A model generated the notes under the pieces. The model searched no databases. It was not told the DNA's origin and was given only the letters and a program-made list of their open reading frames with translations. The translations under genes were made by a program, and so were the position numbers. Positions 12,176 to 25,698 of a stretch of DNA of 57,616 nucleotides are shown here, in pieces (position 1 is the stretch's first letter; every line of letters starts with the position of its first letter). This stretch comes from Vermamoeba vermiformis (lineage: Eukaryota), in contig JBEWZL010000203.1 of NCBI GenBank assembly GCA_045837725.1, positions 62,001-119,616 on the forward strand, given 5' to 3'.

Positions 12176-14862
12176 TTAATGTATTAGGACAGTGTAGCAT
12201 AGGAGGCCAAGGATTGCTATAACGTCGTCAAAAATATTCGACGCCTTGCTGACGATAGAGCGAGGAGTTGATTGGCCAGTAGGAGAAGTACTTATCGGTG
12301 TATTAATTGGTTCAGGAATCGATGCTAAAGGAAAAAGTAAGTCAAAATTCTACGAATTTTTTTTCTCTCTTACCACAGGTGCTGTTTGCGCACAAGATTG
12401 CTCAAACAATCAGCGTTCCGTAAGCACGATGCATCAACAGAACACGTAGCGCCACACACGCCACCGCAATCTACATCGGTTTCGTTTTGATTCATGATAT
12501 TGTCCGTGCAACTCGGTGCTGCAAAAGTACCAGATCAGATCAGATCCACCTCACAATTTTTGTTTCAAACGTACCTGTACATAAGCCAGCAACGCACAAA
12601 TCTGTTTCACAGTCTGTATTATTAAGGCAGTGCTTGTCAATAGCGTACTTAGGACACGTGTTGCCGCCACAATCGACATCTGTTTCATCGCCGTCCGCAA
12701 GGCTGTCAGAGCACGTGGCCGCTTCTAGCGATGGTAATAGCGGTAAGTCAATCAAGATCTATAATAACTCAATGTTCTTATGTACTCACCACAGGTGTTA
12801 TTTTCACATCGTCGTGACGCACAATCGCCGTGCACGAGACAGTTCATGCCGATCAAACACGTGGCACCACAAACACCACCACAATCAGTCGCCGTCTCGT
12901 TTTGGTTCTTGACATTGTCAAAGCAAGTAGGAGCTTCTATTTTTGGAAAAGATTATTGTCGAGTAACCATTCATTTTCAAGTGTTGTGACAAACTTACGA
13001 CAAATGGTGTGATCGAGACAAACTCCCGAGCTACAATCACTATCGAACATACAAGAGCTGCCTGTAGCACATTTGTTCACCGCACTGCATTTGCCTCCAC
13101 AATCAACGTCTGTTTCGTCTTGATTTTTGAATCCGTCATAGCATGAAGGGGTTGCTGCGCGTGAGATTTATCAGTCAATATCTAAATATGACTATAGAGA
13201 TGAAGTTAATTACTTACAGCAATAGCCATTCGGATTGCAATACGAGCTGTTGCAGTAATAAAATGTCGTGCAGTGTTTGCCGTCTGCACAAAGGGGACAG
13301 TAATTGCCACAATCAACGTCCATTTCGTATTCGTTTTTCCATCCATCTGTGCACGAGGGGACCGCTAAACAATAAGGTAAGTCACAGCTGTTTTGGCGGT
13401 AACAGAGCTGGGCTGGATTTCGCTTAAATGGTACTTACAGCACTTGCCCAAGGGATTGCAATACTTGCTCACGCAATCAGTATCTGCCAGACATGTCTTG
13501 GCGTCAGTACATTTGTTCGCGCTGCAAGTGTTGCCACCGCAGTCTACGTCAGTTTCGTCTTGGTTCTTAAAACCGTCAGAGCACGTGGGTGTTACTGTCA
13601 ATTTCCAATGATTAGTAGGCGGCAAGCGGAGTTAAAATTTCCATATTTGAACCTACCACAAATGTTGCTCGCGTTACACCACTTGTTCGTACAGTCAGCA
13701 TCGATGTTGCAGCCCTTCGTGTCAGCACAAGTTGCGCAACTGAATCCACCGCAGTCAACATCGGATTCGTCTTGGTTCTGCACTGAATCACTGCAGTTTG
13801 CCAGGGGTGATCGAATGTAAACTACGTCATGGACCAACGATCCTACGTAGGATTTGACAGTTGTCAGAGTTGTGAAGGCGGATCCGGTGTCCTCGCAACT
13901 GTACAACTTTTCACGTGATGTGAAGTATACCATGCGCTTGCTATTAATATCAAAAGCTGTCACGCCCAAGGCGCCGTTGGGCACTGTAATGATGAATTTG
14001 TTCCAAGCACTTCCGACTTTAGTCATTTTGAACAACGACGTCGCAACATCCTCGCTCGTGCCGTAGATCTCGCTCGCCGAGTAAACAAACCAAGATTTAG
14101 ATTGGGCAGGTACGTCCGCTTGACTGAGCACTGTCGTAATAGTAGGCGTGGTCGTGAGTGATGTTGGAGCTCCCCCATCGACTGTGGCAACAAACGGATT
14201 CGAAGAGTTACCGCCAACGTAAAAGGCATTGCTGACCATTTGAGCTTTGAATATGGGTATATTTCCAGCGTTAATTGAGTTATTTTTTAAGGCAGGTCCA
14301 GTTGTGCCACGAGTAGTGAAAGCTAATCCAGAGTGAGTTCCGATCCAAACATTTCTGCCATCAATGAGAGCACTCGTCGCCAAACTATCAGTTAACGTAG
14401 TCACAGTAGTAGTATCGAGCGTGCCATCAGATTTAAGCGCAATAGCTTGAAACGGAGTTGTGGATGTCGGAGTTGATCCTTGGTTCGGCTTGCAAGCAAA
14501 GCTAGCAGCAACGGTGTAGTCTTGATTGTATACTATAGACCCAGCATAGTAGTCGTTAAGATAGCATGAGCTGTGCTCAACCGTTAAATTCGAATTTTTT
14601 TATTTTTGAATTTATTTACTAACACTTACGGATCGAGCGTTTGAACTGGAGTGCCATCAATATTAATTTCCTCAATATATACTGGATTCCAAGCGCCTTG
14701 TGTGCCTAAAATCATGATATTAGTTGATTCAATACGGCTCAAGAATTCAGATTTGTAGTTACCTTGAGACCTAATGACAAGCAAATTTCCTGCGGTTAAT
14801 CCCGCGGAGGAAGCCAAAGCTAACAAATTGGCAATTGTCAGGATTACAGCGAGTCCTTTCAT
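12176..14862 (-). CDS. Secreted, possibly GPI-anchored protein with seven Cys-rich CxD..N..ETDVDCGG repeats
   Basis: Signal peptide MKGLAVILTIANLLALASSA, a beta-rich N-terminal region, seven ~50-aa repeats, an S/T/P linker and a hydrophobic C-terminus. Confidence 0.85.
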
Positions 14863-15298
14863 TGTTATTGTTGTGCTTTGGATGAATAAAATGAAAAAAT
14901 TATGTTGGCGGCTTTTTTTTTTAACCAAAAACAGTAATCGCGATGAAATACCAAAATAGACGACTAATTTCTACGAATAATGCACTATCATATCGTAGAA
15001 AAGCGTGTCATGTTACAACTAAGCCTGATATGGTCAAGGATTTGTGGATGTGGATGAATTTATGAGTAGATCGTCATGAAGCGTATTTTATCAGCATGAT
15101 GTACTATATAGTACAAATTTTTCCGTTTGACTTACATCTTTGGTGCTGTTTTGAATTTTTGAAAAGTTTGGCGGTTCAGATGTGCTTCACTGTCGTTGCC
15201 AGACCTCATCTCCAGCAGTAATTGTTATACTACTACTCCGATCAGAGATTGCACGAGCAAATAATAAGCCGATTTTTCCGTTCATGAACGCCTTCTAA

Positions 15299-17520
15299 CT
15301 AATTTCCTTCTTCTGCACTGCTGTCCCAAAAATCGTTGTCTTCCTCTTCGTCCTGAAAAATTGAGCATGTTAGTGATGAAATACTAATAGCAAATTATAT
15401 TATATATTATACTATAATATACGTAATATAAAATAATATTGACGGAAACACAGGAAGCTCGTCATACGACGTACCATTTTCTCTTTTTGTTCCTCGATTT
15501 CATCTATTGTCGGACTCCAACAAATAATGTGTTCATCATTGCCACCGCTATATAGTTCCTAGAAATACAAAAATGGATTAATTAGCCATTCTTGCGCGCT
15601 TAAATGGAGCTTTGTAGCGTAACCAAAAACACATCCAGATCTTGGAGCGATGAGAATCGAAACGATCGAACGAATTAATATTGATATGAAATGCATCTTA
15701 CCTGAATGACGGGATGATAAACGCAAGTATTCACAGTCTCAAAATGACCGCGCAACGTGTTGACCAGTTTTCCAGTCAATATTTCAAAGACTTGTATGTT
15801 ATTGCCACTAGGATGATATAATAGCCTTCCATTGCTCGATATTGCCATTTGATTGCCACGCTTGGCGTTGTTCTTGATGCCAGGATAATTTACCTAAATA
15901 GGCAATTAAGCCGTTAGATCCGTTCGTACATACAACGAATAAGACCATTCAAAGTAACCTACCAAAGTATTGATAGCTTTATCAACATCCCACTGACGAA
16001 TCTTATTATCATTTCCTAATAAGGCAATGTTAGTTACAGTTATTGTTGTACCTGTAATGACATTTGGCACGTGTCATTCACATTTTTTCACAGCGTCAAC
16101 ATCAAGCCAAATCAAAAAGTGCCGTATTGTATGGACGCTGAATCTTACCGGATGACAACAATCTCCCACCATCAGTGGTGAACATGATGCTCGTGATCGG
16201 TCCATCATGTGCTTTAGCTGCAATTTGATTGCTCGTTTTCAATCGTTTGAGCGGTGGTTCTTTGTCATCGCGTCGCAGAGTGCTGTGTGCGTGCTGATTG
16301 AACGAAGTCAAACAGCCTGACCGTCGAATATCCCACATTTTCAACGTGCCGTCCATGCTGCTAGAGGCAAGGTGGAACTCGTTGCCTGGTCTCCATGCTG
16401 TACTCAACACTGCCTCTCTATGGCCTAAAAAAGGAAATACTTCGTTTAGGTCTCTGTGAGCGAAATGATCGCAAAGTCATCGGTCTACAAATGTTTCACG
16501 CAAAAGTATATTTGTGACGATTTTTTTGTGTAATAATATGGATCAATTCGAAGTTACCTAATAGAGTGTGCGTAGCGTAGCCAAGTCTCAAATCAACGAG
16601 TTGAACCTTTTGATCCGCACTTGCAACTACATTTATAAATGTCAGATCGTTTAATAGCGTATCAACAAGGGGTTTATTAGGTAATAAATAGTGGCAAAGA
16701 TTAGTTCAGTGAAACACTTACCAGCGACTAAATTATGTGTCGAGGCCCATCGTGACATCGTGACACCGTAAACGATTTCACTGATGAATATCGAATGAAC
16801 GACCTATTATCGATATATAAAAATATGGTTATAATGAATTACAATAGTATTTTCTTACAGCAAGTTCGTTCGTGTCCCAAATTTTGACCATTTTGTCAAA
16901 CCCTCCAGACACAAACATGCCAGTGTCGAATGGGTACCAAGTTACCGATGATACGCCGTGTGTGTGATGTTTAACAGCGTTTGCTTTTCTAAATTAGGAA
17001 ATTTTTAAGCCAAGTTTAGGTTGGTTGATCCAGATCGAAAATGACAGCTTACGTTACTTCAACAAGTGGCTTAAATTCTACTCGTTCCATGCCTAATGTT
17101 TTCTCCATATCATATAAGGATATTGTGGAGTCTGCAAATCCGGCTAATAAACTTAATTTTGAAAAGTTAGAAAAATTTCGCGAGGTAGATCGAGACTTAC
17201 TATCGATGGTCACTCAAGTCAAAGTTAAGAGCATTGACACTTCCATGTTTAGTGCGTTCGAAGTCTTTTTTTCTGCTAATATCTATTGTATACGTCCTAC
17301 AATAATAAATTAATTCCTGGCTTGATCTCGAAAATTAATTTAAAAATTATCCTTGCTTAATTAAGAAGCTTTCATATCGATGGATGTAAATGATTATTCG
17401 TACTTATTATAATGATACCAATGGTAATTTTTTAGCAAGTTACCTCTTTAAATTTTCTCGATCAGCGACTAGGTGCGGATGTATCGCCCCAAATTCTCGC
17501 AAATGCAGAAATTGGAGCAT
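15299..17520 (-). CDS. ERCC8: WD40 protein, ERCC8/CSA-like DNA excision repair factor
   Basis: [69 protein letters not shown] and LYSGGND, with an acidic D-x-W-D tail. Confidence 0.88.
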
Positions 17521-18281
17521 TTAAAATGGCTTCACGTGATCCAACCTATGTAGCAGTGCCTCTTGTGTTGTGCTTACGTCAAGCAGGAAAATTGTCACAC
17601 TTTGAAACCGGTCAAACAACAAAGCCAATGGAACTCTTCGCCAACTCTTCTCCGTGAATGAATAGACGTTTATTATTAATATAAGAAGGCATAATTTAAG
17701 TGGATTGACGGTTGCAGCGAGCAAAAAAGTGAGATGAAGAACGCGCTGTAGTTACAGGCAAGAATATTTTACTCTACAAATATTCCAGAAATTTTGTAAT
17801 TATTAGTTGCATATTTTGAACATATCACGGGATTTTTGACAGCATTGATTACGAAATTATAAATCGAAAAAAATTAATTGCGCGAAGAATGATATCATTT
17901 TTAATGCTTTATTTAGCAGCCTCAGGTAGAATGTGATATTTTGATTTAAGGTCACGATACTTTTGTCTCAAATTGGGGTAGGTTGGTGCACTCTAACCCT
18001 TACCACGATCCGGCTCTAACGATGATTTAAATATTCTTAGGAGTGCTTGCGCAGTTAATTTCCTAATATAATGCTTTAGTGATGCTCCAGTCCAGTTGAT
18101 TATGTAGACAATTGAATCACACAGTTGACAAGTACCTGAATTTGCCTCGGAGGAACAAGGCAACCGTTCTTTTTTCCAGGGCCTGGTCTTTTCGAAGGTT
18201 CGAGGTTATTCCATTTGAAAATTATTTAGCCGAACAAAATTACAGCGCAGTCTTTTCGAGAATCAAAGTTGATCTGTCAAG

Positions 18282-21200
18282 ATGCGCAACGTAGTTTTGG
18301 TACTGAGCGTTATCTTGCTGATTATAGGTGCACTGCCTTCAAGTGCTGAAAAAACCAATAAGATCTTGGTAAAGATAAAGCCAGAAGCCTCAGTAGAAGA
18401 GCTCAGCGTGGCACATCCGGCAGTAAAGTTCGAACGAGCATCAACTCTGCCCAGAGTATTCTTATTCTCAGTAGAAAACATCAACGAAGTCGATCAAGTA
18501 AGTAAATGTTAATTACAAGTCTGGTATTAGGACTATGATTTATTTTTGAGCTGTCTCAACCGGATCGATCCACCATTATTTGCAAAATCCGGGTAATTTT
18601 AAATATTTGCTAATCAAAGTTCTTAGGAAGTATATGAATTTACTATCGATTCGCGTGTAGCTTGGGCTCAAATTGACGAAATTACTGAACTCGAACCGGA
18701 TTTCATTCCAACAGATCCTTCGTATCAAAGCGGCGACCAATGGTATGATCTCGATCAAGTTATAATAGAGGAACACCATTTCATTATAAGTCAATATGGT
18801 TTCAAAGTCTAGAAGGTTCCTTTGATTCAACAGATCCACATAAGGGACTGGAACCATTCAGTGAATAGCAACTTTTTACTAATAGCGATCTTATTTGATC
18901 TTAGGTTTCATGATCGTATTAATACTTCATATGCTTGGTCGAAGGGCTATTCAGGACAAGGCCAATTGGTTCAAGTAAGTTGACCCACATCCGCAAATTC
19001 GAAACGATTGATTGACGGTTAACAAATGGTCTAGGTCATTGATACGCCAGTATATCCAGAAGATATCGATTTAAAAAATCAACTCGATTTTGCTCGTTCA
19101 TTCGGAGGTACAGTCGCAGCTCCAGTCCAACCTCGGTTTATCCGTCCTCACGGAACAGTTTGCACTAACATCATCGTTGCCGAGGTAAGAACACAATTAT
19201 ATTATTATTACTTTAATACCTTTATTCTTTTATTTAAACGCGTTCTTAGGCCAATGATTTTTGTGGTGTTGGTGTGGCATTTTCAGCTCGAGCAGCGATA
19301 TTTCCGTTCATTGCAAATGAGGTGCGACAATTCTCTGAGCTCGAAGTTGCCGAGGCATTAGCTCTGAGCTTCTCCGTACGTTCTACTGCCCTTCTAGAAT
19401 TTTGCACACTGACGTTCAAGTTTGACAGGTGTCATCGAACTCGTACGGCGCTACGCAATGCTGGCAGTCTTGGGGCTGTAACGTCGAGAGACCTTTATCC
19501 CCCGCCATTCTCGAAGCACTTGAACTGGCTCAAAGTCGCAACAACACCGTTTTCATCTTCACTGCTGGCAATGAAGGCCGGTGGCAAGGCAGTCCGAACT
19601 TCCGAGCTTTCGGAGGTACTCCGCGCATCATCACAGTTGGTGCTACAAGAAGTAACGGCACGAGGGCGTTGTATTCAAATGTTGGGCCTGCTAACTGGAT
19701 CGTGGCGCCTGCTGGTGACAACATGGGTGGAGGTCTAGTCACGTGGTCCTCGGCAATTTCATCCGAAGGCCAACAATGTGGCCCAGTCGGTACGGGCACT
19801 TCTTACGCAGCACCTATGGTCTCTGGTGCTGTTGCTATTCTGCGCTCAGTAAGTTTGAAGACCTATCTTTAGCCAACTATGGTTCTAATCGTTGGACCTA
19901 GGCCTACCCGCAATTGTCTTGGCGTGACGTCAAATACATTCTGGCTTATTCCGCTGACAGAGTTGATCCAGATCATGCAAGTTGGACTAGAAACGCTGCA
20001 GGCAGATGGTTCAGCAATCACTACGGCTTTGGTCAACTGAACATCGGTAGAGCTGTCGAGATCGGAGCCACTTGGAAGTCGGTTGGACCACTCCAGATCC
20101 GCACTTTCCATTCGACTTTGAAAGCAGACATTCCTCTTGACAGCAACAATACCGTCATCACTCCGCAGATCTCCGTGCCACGTGGTGTCGTCTCGCGCAT
20201 CGAGAGTGTTCAGTTGACATTGGACATTTCGTTGTCGCGACGAGGTGAACAGCAAATCGAGTTGATTTCACCCTCGGGCACTACTTGCCAAGTGTTTGCT
20301 TTCAGACAAGATTGGCACAGAAATTACCGCAATTACATCACTTCTGCCAACTGTTTCTTGGACGAAGACCCTGCGTAAGTCTCGCTAACGTCAATATGAA
20401 TATTTAGAACTTATTCTTGCTGCTATAGTGGAACATGGACGTTAAGAGTTACACGACAATCATGGTCTACACCGTTCAACGATTTCTTCCACAGCTTTGC
20501 AGTGACAGTGTGGGGTCAGGCTATACCTTCCCAGGTCCGCGTTGTATCATCACCGACAGCCACACGATTGTCAGGCTTCACAGTCACTGAGGGCGACTCC
20601 TTCCAACACTTGAGATTGTTCAATAACTTCCCTGACACTCTCGGTCTGTTCTGGAGAGGTACGAATGACACATGTCACGCATGGACTATCGTCTCATTCT
20701 TTTCTTTCAGACAATTATGGCTTATATGGCGACCTGTTTACTGCTCAAGGCACGGCCACGAGAGGCACTCAACGACTTAACCCGTCGAATTCTGATCACC
20801 CGACGGTTTCCGTGTTCCCTGGTGGCGATCACGTGCTCACTTACGTGACGAATATCAATAACACGGTATCGTAAGTACAACGCACTACTACTATGTACCA
20901 TTTGATATGATATTCTAATATATTATCCAAAAGATTGAAAGCAGAAGGGCGCAACATCGACTTCATTCCTTTGACACCGTTGACTGATCTACCATTTACG
21001 GACATCAACCCTGAGTATTTGAGCATGGCAGCCGTTGAAAACGATCTGATTGTGAGCTACAAGCCATCGTCAGATTCAAACTCCAAGCTCGTCCTTCTCA
21101 GTGTTAACTTCGGCTCACGTGACACAACACCTCTGTGCATTCCTATGTCGAACGTCACCACGGATGATGAAGTTGGTGCTGGTCTTGAAAGCGACGATAA

Positions 21201-22104
21201 TTGCACGGAGATCGTGTACCGCAGAGACGGCGAGATCAAGTTCTCAAAGCAAGTTGAAATTCAAACCAAGTCACTCGTTCAGTTGCAACCTATTGGCATG
21301 AACATGGTACTTGGCACATGGATCAATGGTCAGAATGCATTTGCTGCGCTGATCAGAGACGATCTTCGGTTGAACATCACTAGATTGAAGGCCACTCCTA
21401 CAAGCATCATTAGTGCAGCTGCAACGTTAGAAGATATTTTGGTCGCACACTCGCGCGCTGGTGCTGTTCTTATCGAGCGATTTGACATGAAAATGCGATC
21501 GCAAGAGGCGTACAACATTGCTGTTGCTGATCCTATTGTTGCCATGGACTTGGCCTATTCTCACGTTGACGGACTGTCACTGCTTGTGGCCACGAAGAAA
21601 GACGTGTCACTCACTACATTCTTGCGAAGCAGCAACAAGACATTCATTCAAACTAACCAAGCAACAATCTCGTCGTTGATGTCGCCTGAATTCCCTGTGC
21701 TCGACGTCGACCAATCAGTGATGCCCAACGGAGATCTCGCCGTGACTTTCTCGACAATTCAAGCGATTCACGTTCAAGTCTTCCAGTCAACCGTATTCAG
21801 CACATTATCTGCTGCACCCGTACCCACTTCGGTTGCACCAACCAGTTCAAATCCTCCACAAGTGGTAAAAGTGCCCGCTACAAATGCACCGGGCGATGAA
21901 AGTCTCGAACCAATGAGTGCCCTCATTGAAGAGCTCGGGAGTCGATTCCCTGCGTGGGCAATTGCGTTGATCGTAATTGCAGGCATTATGGTGATTATCT
22001 TTGTGATTGTTTTCAGACTGCAGAAGAAGAATGCAGCACTTCATCAATCTGCCATCCCGCTGCAAGGCGGAGATGTGATTGCGTACACCAAAATGAACGT
22101 GTAA
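18282..22104 (+). CDS. Kexin/furin-like subtilase (S8B) with P-domain, extra luminal domain and C-terminal TM helix
   Basis: Signal peptide; VID, HGTVC, AGN and GTSYAAP catalytic motifs; LSWRDVKYIL and W..NAAG.WFSNHYGFG; P-domain with RRGE and ELISPSGT; TM segment WAIALIVIAGIMVIIFVIVF. Confidence 0.9.
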
Positions 22105-22220
22105 ATTCCGTAAAACAAACTAGATAACTCTTTTGTAATAAACAAGCATTGGCTTGCATATGAGACTTAACAATCGCACTTCGTTTCAAGTTTACCTTTT
22201 CTGACAAATTATTCTTGCAT

Positions 22221-25200
22221 TTATTGATGCGGCTTCCAAGACGCAGGATCATAATTTTGCACGCAGTTAGTTGGCTTTCTAATGCTCAATAAATACAATC
22301 GATGTTCCCGCGTGTCTTTGAAAATAAATCTAACCACAACGACTTGACTCGTTTGGCCTTGACGAAATGCACGGCGAAGTACCGTGGAGCTAAATTCTGA
22401 ATTCATTTTTTGTGAATCGTGCAAGGGATAATCTAGTAGCAATATAGACCTTAGGAAGTTGAGAGATTTAGTGTACTTGAATGCATACGTACCCAGCAAT
22501 ATCACGTGCGTTGCTCCAACTGAATTCGTTATCGCCGAGTGTTCCGCGGAGTTCATTAAGATCACTTTGAACGGTGCCAATCTCTTTTTAAATTCGTCGA
22601 TATCTTCATCTTTGTCACTAAAAAGTCATAAAGTTAAACCCAATGTACCGTATATCCGTCGAAGATACGTACACTTGCACACTTGTAGTCGCAATGCCAT
22701 GCTCATTTAATAACCGTTCAATATTCTGATGTTCTTGGAGAATGTCGGAAGGATTTTCCATTGAAAATACAACCACGAGACTGTCAGGTTTTCTACGAAT
22801 AGCTTTTTGAGATAACTAAACATCATTGCAACTTTTGAGCCTTGTTCTAATTGCACCGATGCTAATTCTTTTTCTTCACCGCTTTGCGCCTAACCAGATA
22901 ATGAATGAGTCGGCTAATGCTGAAAAGTTTACAGTTGCAGCATACCAATTGTGTAGTCGTGTCGTCCATTCTAGCGAGCTAATGAATAGATTAGTATAGC
23001 CAAGTTGCACTGAGTGCTTTGTTTACCTCTTGTTCTAAGATTTCTTCAATGTTTGTAAGAATGGCACGGCGATTAACAGTTTCGCCGCCAAGTATTTGTT
23101 TGTAGTCTTCTTTTTGCCTTAGCAAGAACTGAAAGGAATTAATTTTGCTTCAATCGATCGTATACAAAAAATACCTTGATCCGCTTCAAATATTTCTCTG
23201 CCACTGCTTTGATTCCTTCCACATATGATTTTGCGCAGTAAGGATCAGCCGACTCGGTGTTATAAAACGACACTGCTCGTTCAATGACAGACATGTCAAC
23301 CAAATGCACCTCATCTTGAACTGCATCTGGCACGAGGGTTTGCGAGTTGCGCCACATAAGTTTTTTGTAGATGAAGTCTAACAAATAGGGACTTAAAAAA
23401 AGGTTAGTTTGTCAAAGTTATTTTTGTCGTACGAATATTTACCTTGTATTTTTGAATTGTAAAAATCGCGTCATATTTTTTTGTCCTGCTGGATAAAATG
23501 GCTGTGCCGAAACAAACCACTTGCTGTGGCCCCAAATCTTTCGCGTCAGATACAGTGGTCTATCATGGGTCTCAGCTTCATGTCCTTTATCAAACACCAC
23601 CCGATGGAAGAAAAAATGCTCAATAATTGGGCTCTTCACTTCATTGAAATTCTTCTTGACCTTCAATTCTTCAAGCACTGCTTGCACTTTGGCATTTCTT
23701 TCCTCCGGTAAAATGTCTCGTTTGGCTCGGGTGCTTGGCAGGCAGATGTACTCGGCACTTCTTATAACTTCGTACGTACAAATGATGACATCGTATTTGG
23801 ATTTGAAGTCTTCGTAGGTGCATTTCTTCAAGTCTTGAACGTCAGTAACAAGCAGTACTTTCAGTCAAGTTGCATGCACAATATCCTCTTCCCATTGTTT
23901 TGCATCCGTATACAAGCACATGATTAGCGTCGCTCGTGAATTGATCAAATTTGGGTGCGGTTCAATTTTGGATTTTGATGATGCCAAAATTAAGCCAATC
24001 ACTGAATTCGGCAAATGGTTTAGTTTAACGTCTTTAATTAGTGAGGACGACATGATAATACCTTCAAAAGAATTTATCAAGTCCGTATTGTTGCTTAAAA
24101 CTCCACCACTGATCTTTTCTTTCAGCATGAACTTGCCAATATTAGTCGGGTGAATGATTTTGCGCTTGTCAATATCAAAGTAGACTCGAGAGCCTTTCCA
24201 TCTAATTGCTGCACTGTATGAAATATCTAAACGCTTTTAGAACTAAGAGTGTTAGGAATGATATCAATGTACCTTCGCCAATCTTATCTTCGATCGATTT
24301 CATCCACATCGCTGCTTCCAACTGATGTTTTGACAACTCGAAATTGTTTATGAGGCCTTCAGGTTGAGTTATTGGTTCATTAAATACCTTATATTATGCA
24401 TTAAATAGGCAACGTATCAAGTTCGCGAGCTTACCGTTGGTTTGTTGATAATGCTGGAAGTACCGTACACTAGCGCTTTTTCCAACATAGTAGATAGCTT
24501 CCATTCATCAGTAATAGCTAAAAGTAACGCTTCTTTGTTCGGAATTGTGTTCGTATTTTTGTCAATGACAAGTGCATCAACCCTAACAAAATAGTTTTAA
24601 TACGTTCCAATGTCCTTCGCATTGCAGTTCTTTACCTTTTGAGATTGATATGCACCCGAATAATCCAGTGCCTTTGTCCTCTGACAGTTTCAGCGTATTG
24701 TTCCGTGGCCTCGGTGATGTCGTACTTCCACAATAAAGCGTTCTTCTTGCTGTTGAAGTCGAAATTGGTCGTGCCGTCGCTATAGCCCGTGTCAAATTTT
24801 GCGATGGCAACGACTTCGTCCTGTTCGTCGTACATCCACTGAAAGGTGCAGCGTTCATTACCAAAGGAAATTAGATCGTAGATTGGCAGGACATACGTGA
24901 GTGTCGTCTTTCGTGGATTCGATTCGGACTGGATGACCGTTGTGAAGAGGGTCTGATTGCCACAGTTTCAGTTCGTATTCTTGTTGCTCCTTGTCCAGTT
25001 CCGCGAATTTCTTTAGTTTTTCGTTGCGAAGGAAATGATAACCACTAGCGCATTCGACCAACGTAAAGGTTGTAATGTAGAACCAATGAAATTCATCGGT
25101 TTGTCCTATTCTATACCAATGGCGGCAAGCTATTGAGCATCGAAGGATGTCGGCACGTTCTAATTGTCGAAAAATCTGGAGCACGATCTCATCTGGAAGC

Positions 25201-25307
25201 AAAATTTCTTCTTGAGGGTCGTACCCAGATAATTCTAATTTTGGCTTTTTTACAGATTTTTCGTCTTCAGTTGATGGGATTAATTTTCTTTTCGTTCCGC
25301 GAGGCAT
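22221..25307 (-). CDS. F-box plus degenerate SNF2 (Rad5/SHPRH-like) helicase; in-frame TGA at 23865-23867, possible pseudogene
   Basis: F-box LPDEIVLQIF...CSIACRHW. SNF2 remnants HQLEAAMWM, GGVLS, RATLIMC, YDVIICTY, FHRVVFDKGHE and RAFRQGQTSQVVVVRFIFKDT. Start codon uncertain. Confidence 0.75.
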
Positions 25308-25698
25308 CGATCTACCTCTGCCTGTCAAAACCTATTTGGAAAGAATTTGCTTGGTTTTTACAACAATTCTAAAAGCTATTACAGGATTTGAAATCGCTAA
25401 TTTAATAGTTAACAAGAACCCATTCATGGATTCAATCACCAAAAGAAAATCTATTAAATTTTAATCATTGTGCAAAACTGTAACGTACCCTTCGTATTGT
25501 TGTTGTATCTAAATTAATTTTACAATTAAAATTCCAGCATTGCTTCTTTATTATCTTTATTCTCGTGGTAGTGTGCGCTTGGCGTTGTCAAAAAAAAAAA
25601 TAAAAAATCGAATGTTTTCAACACCACGGGAGGAGTATGACAAAACTTATTTCCTACTACTAAGAGCTCGAAGGATTATTACGTAAATAGTTTGGTGG

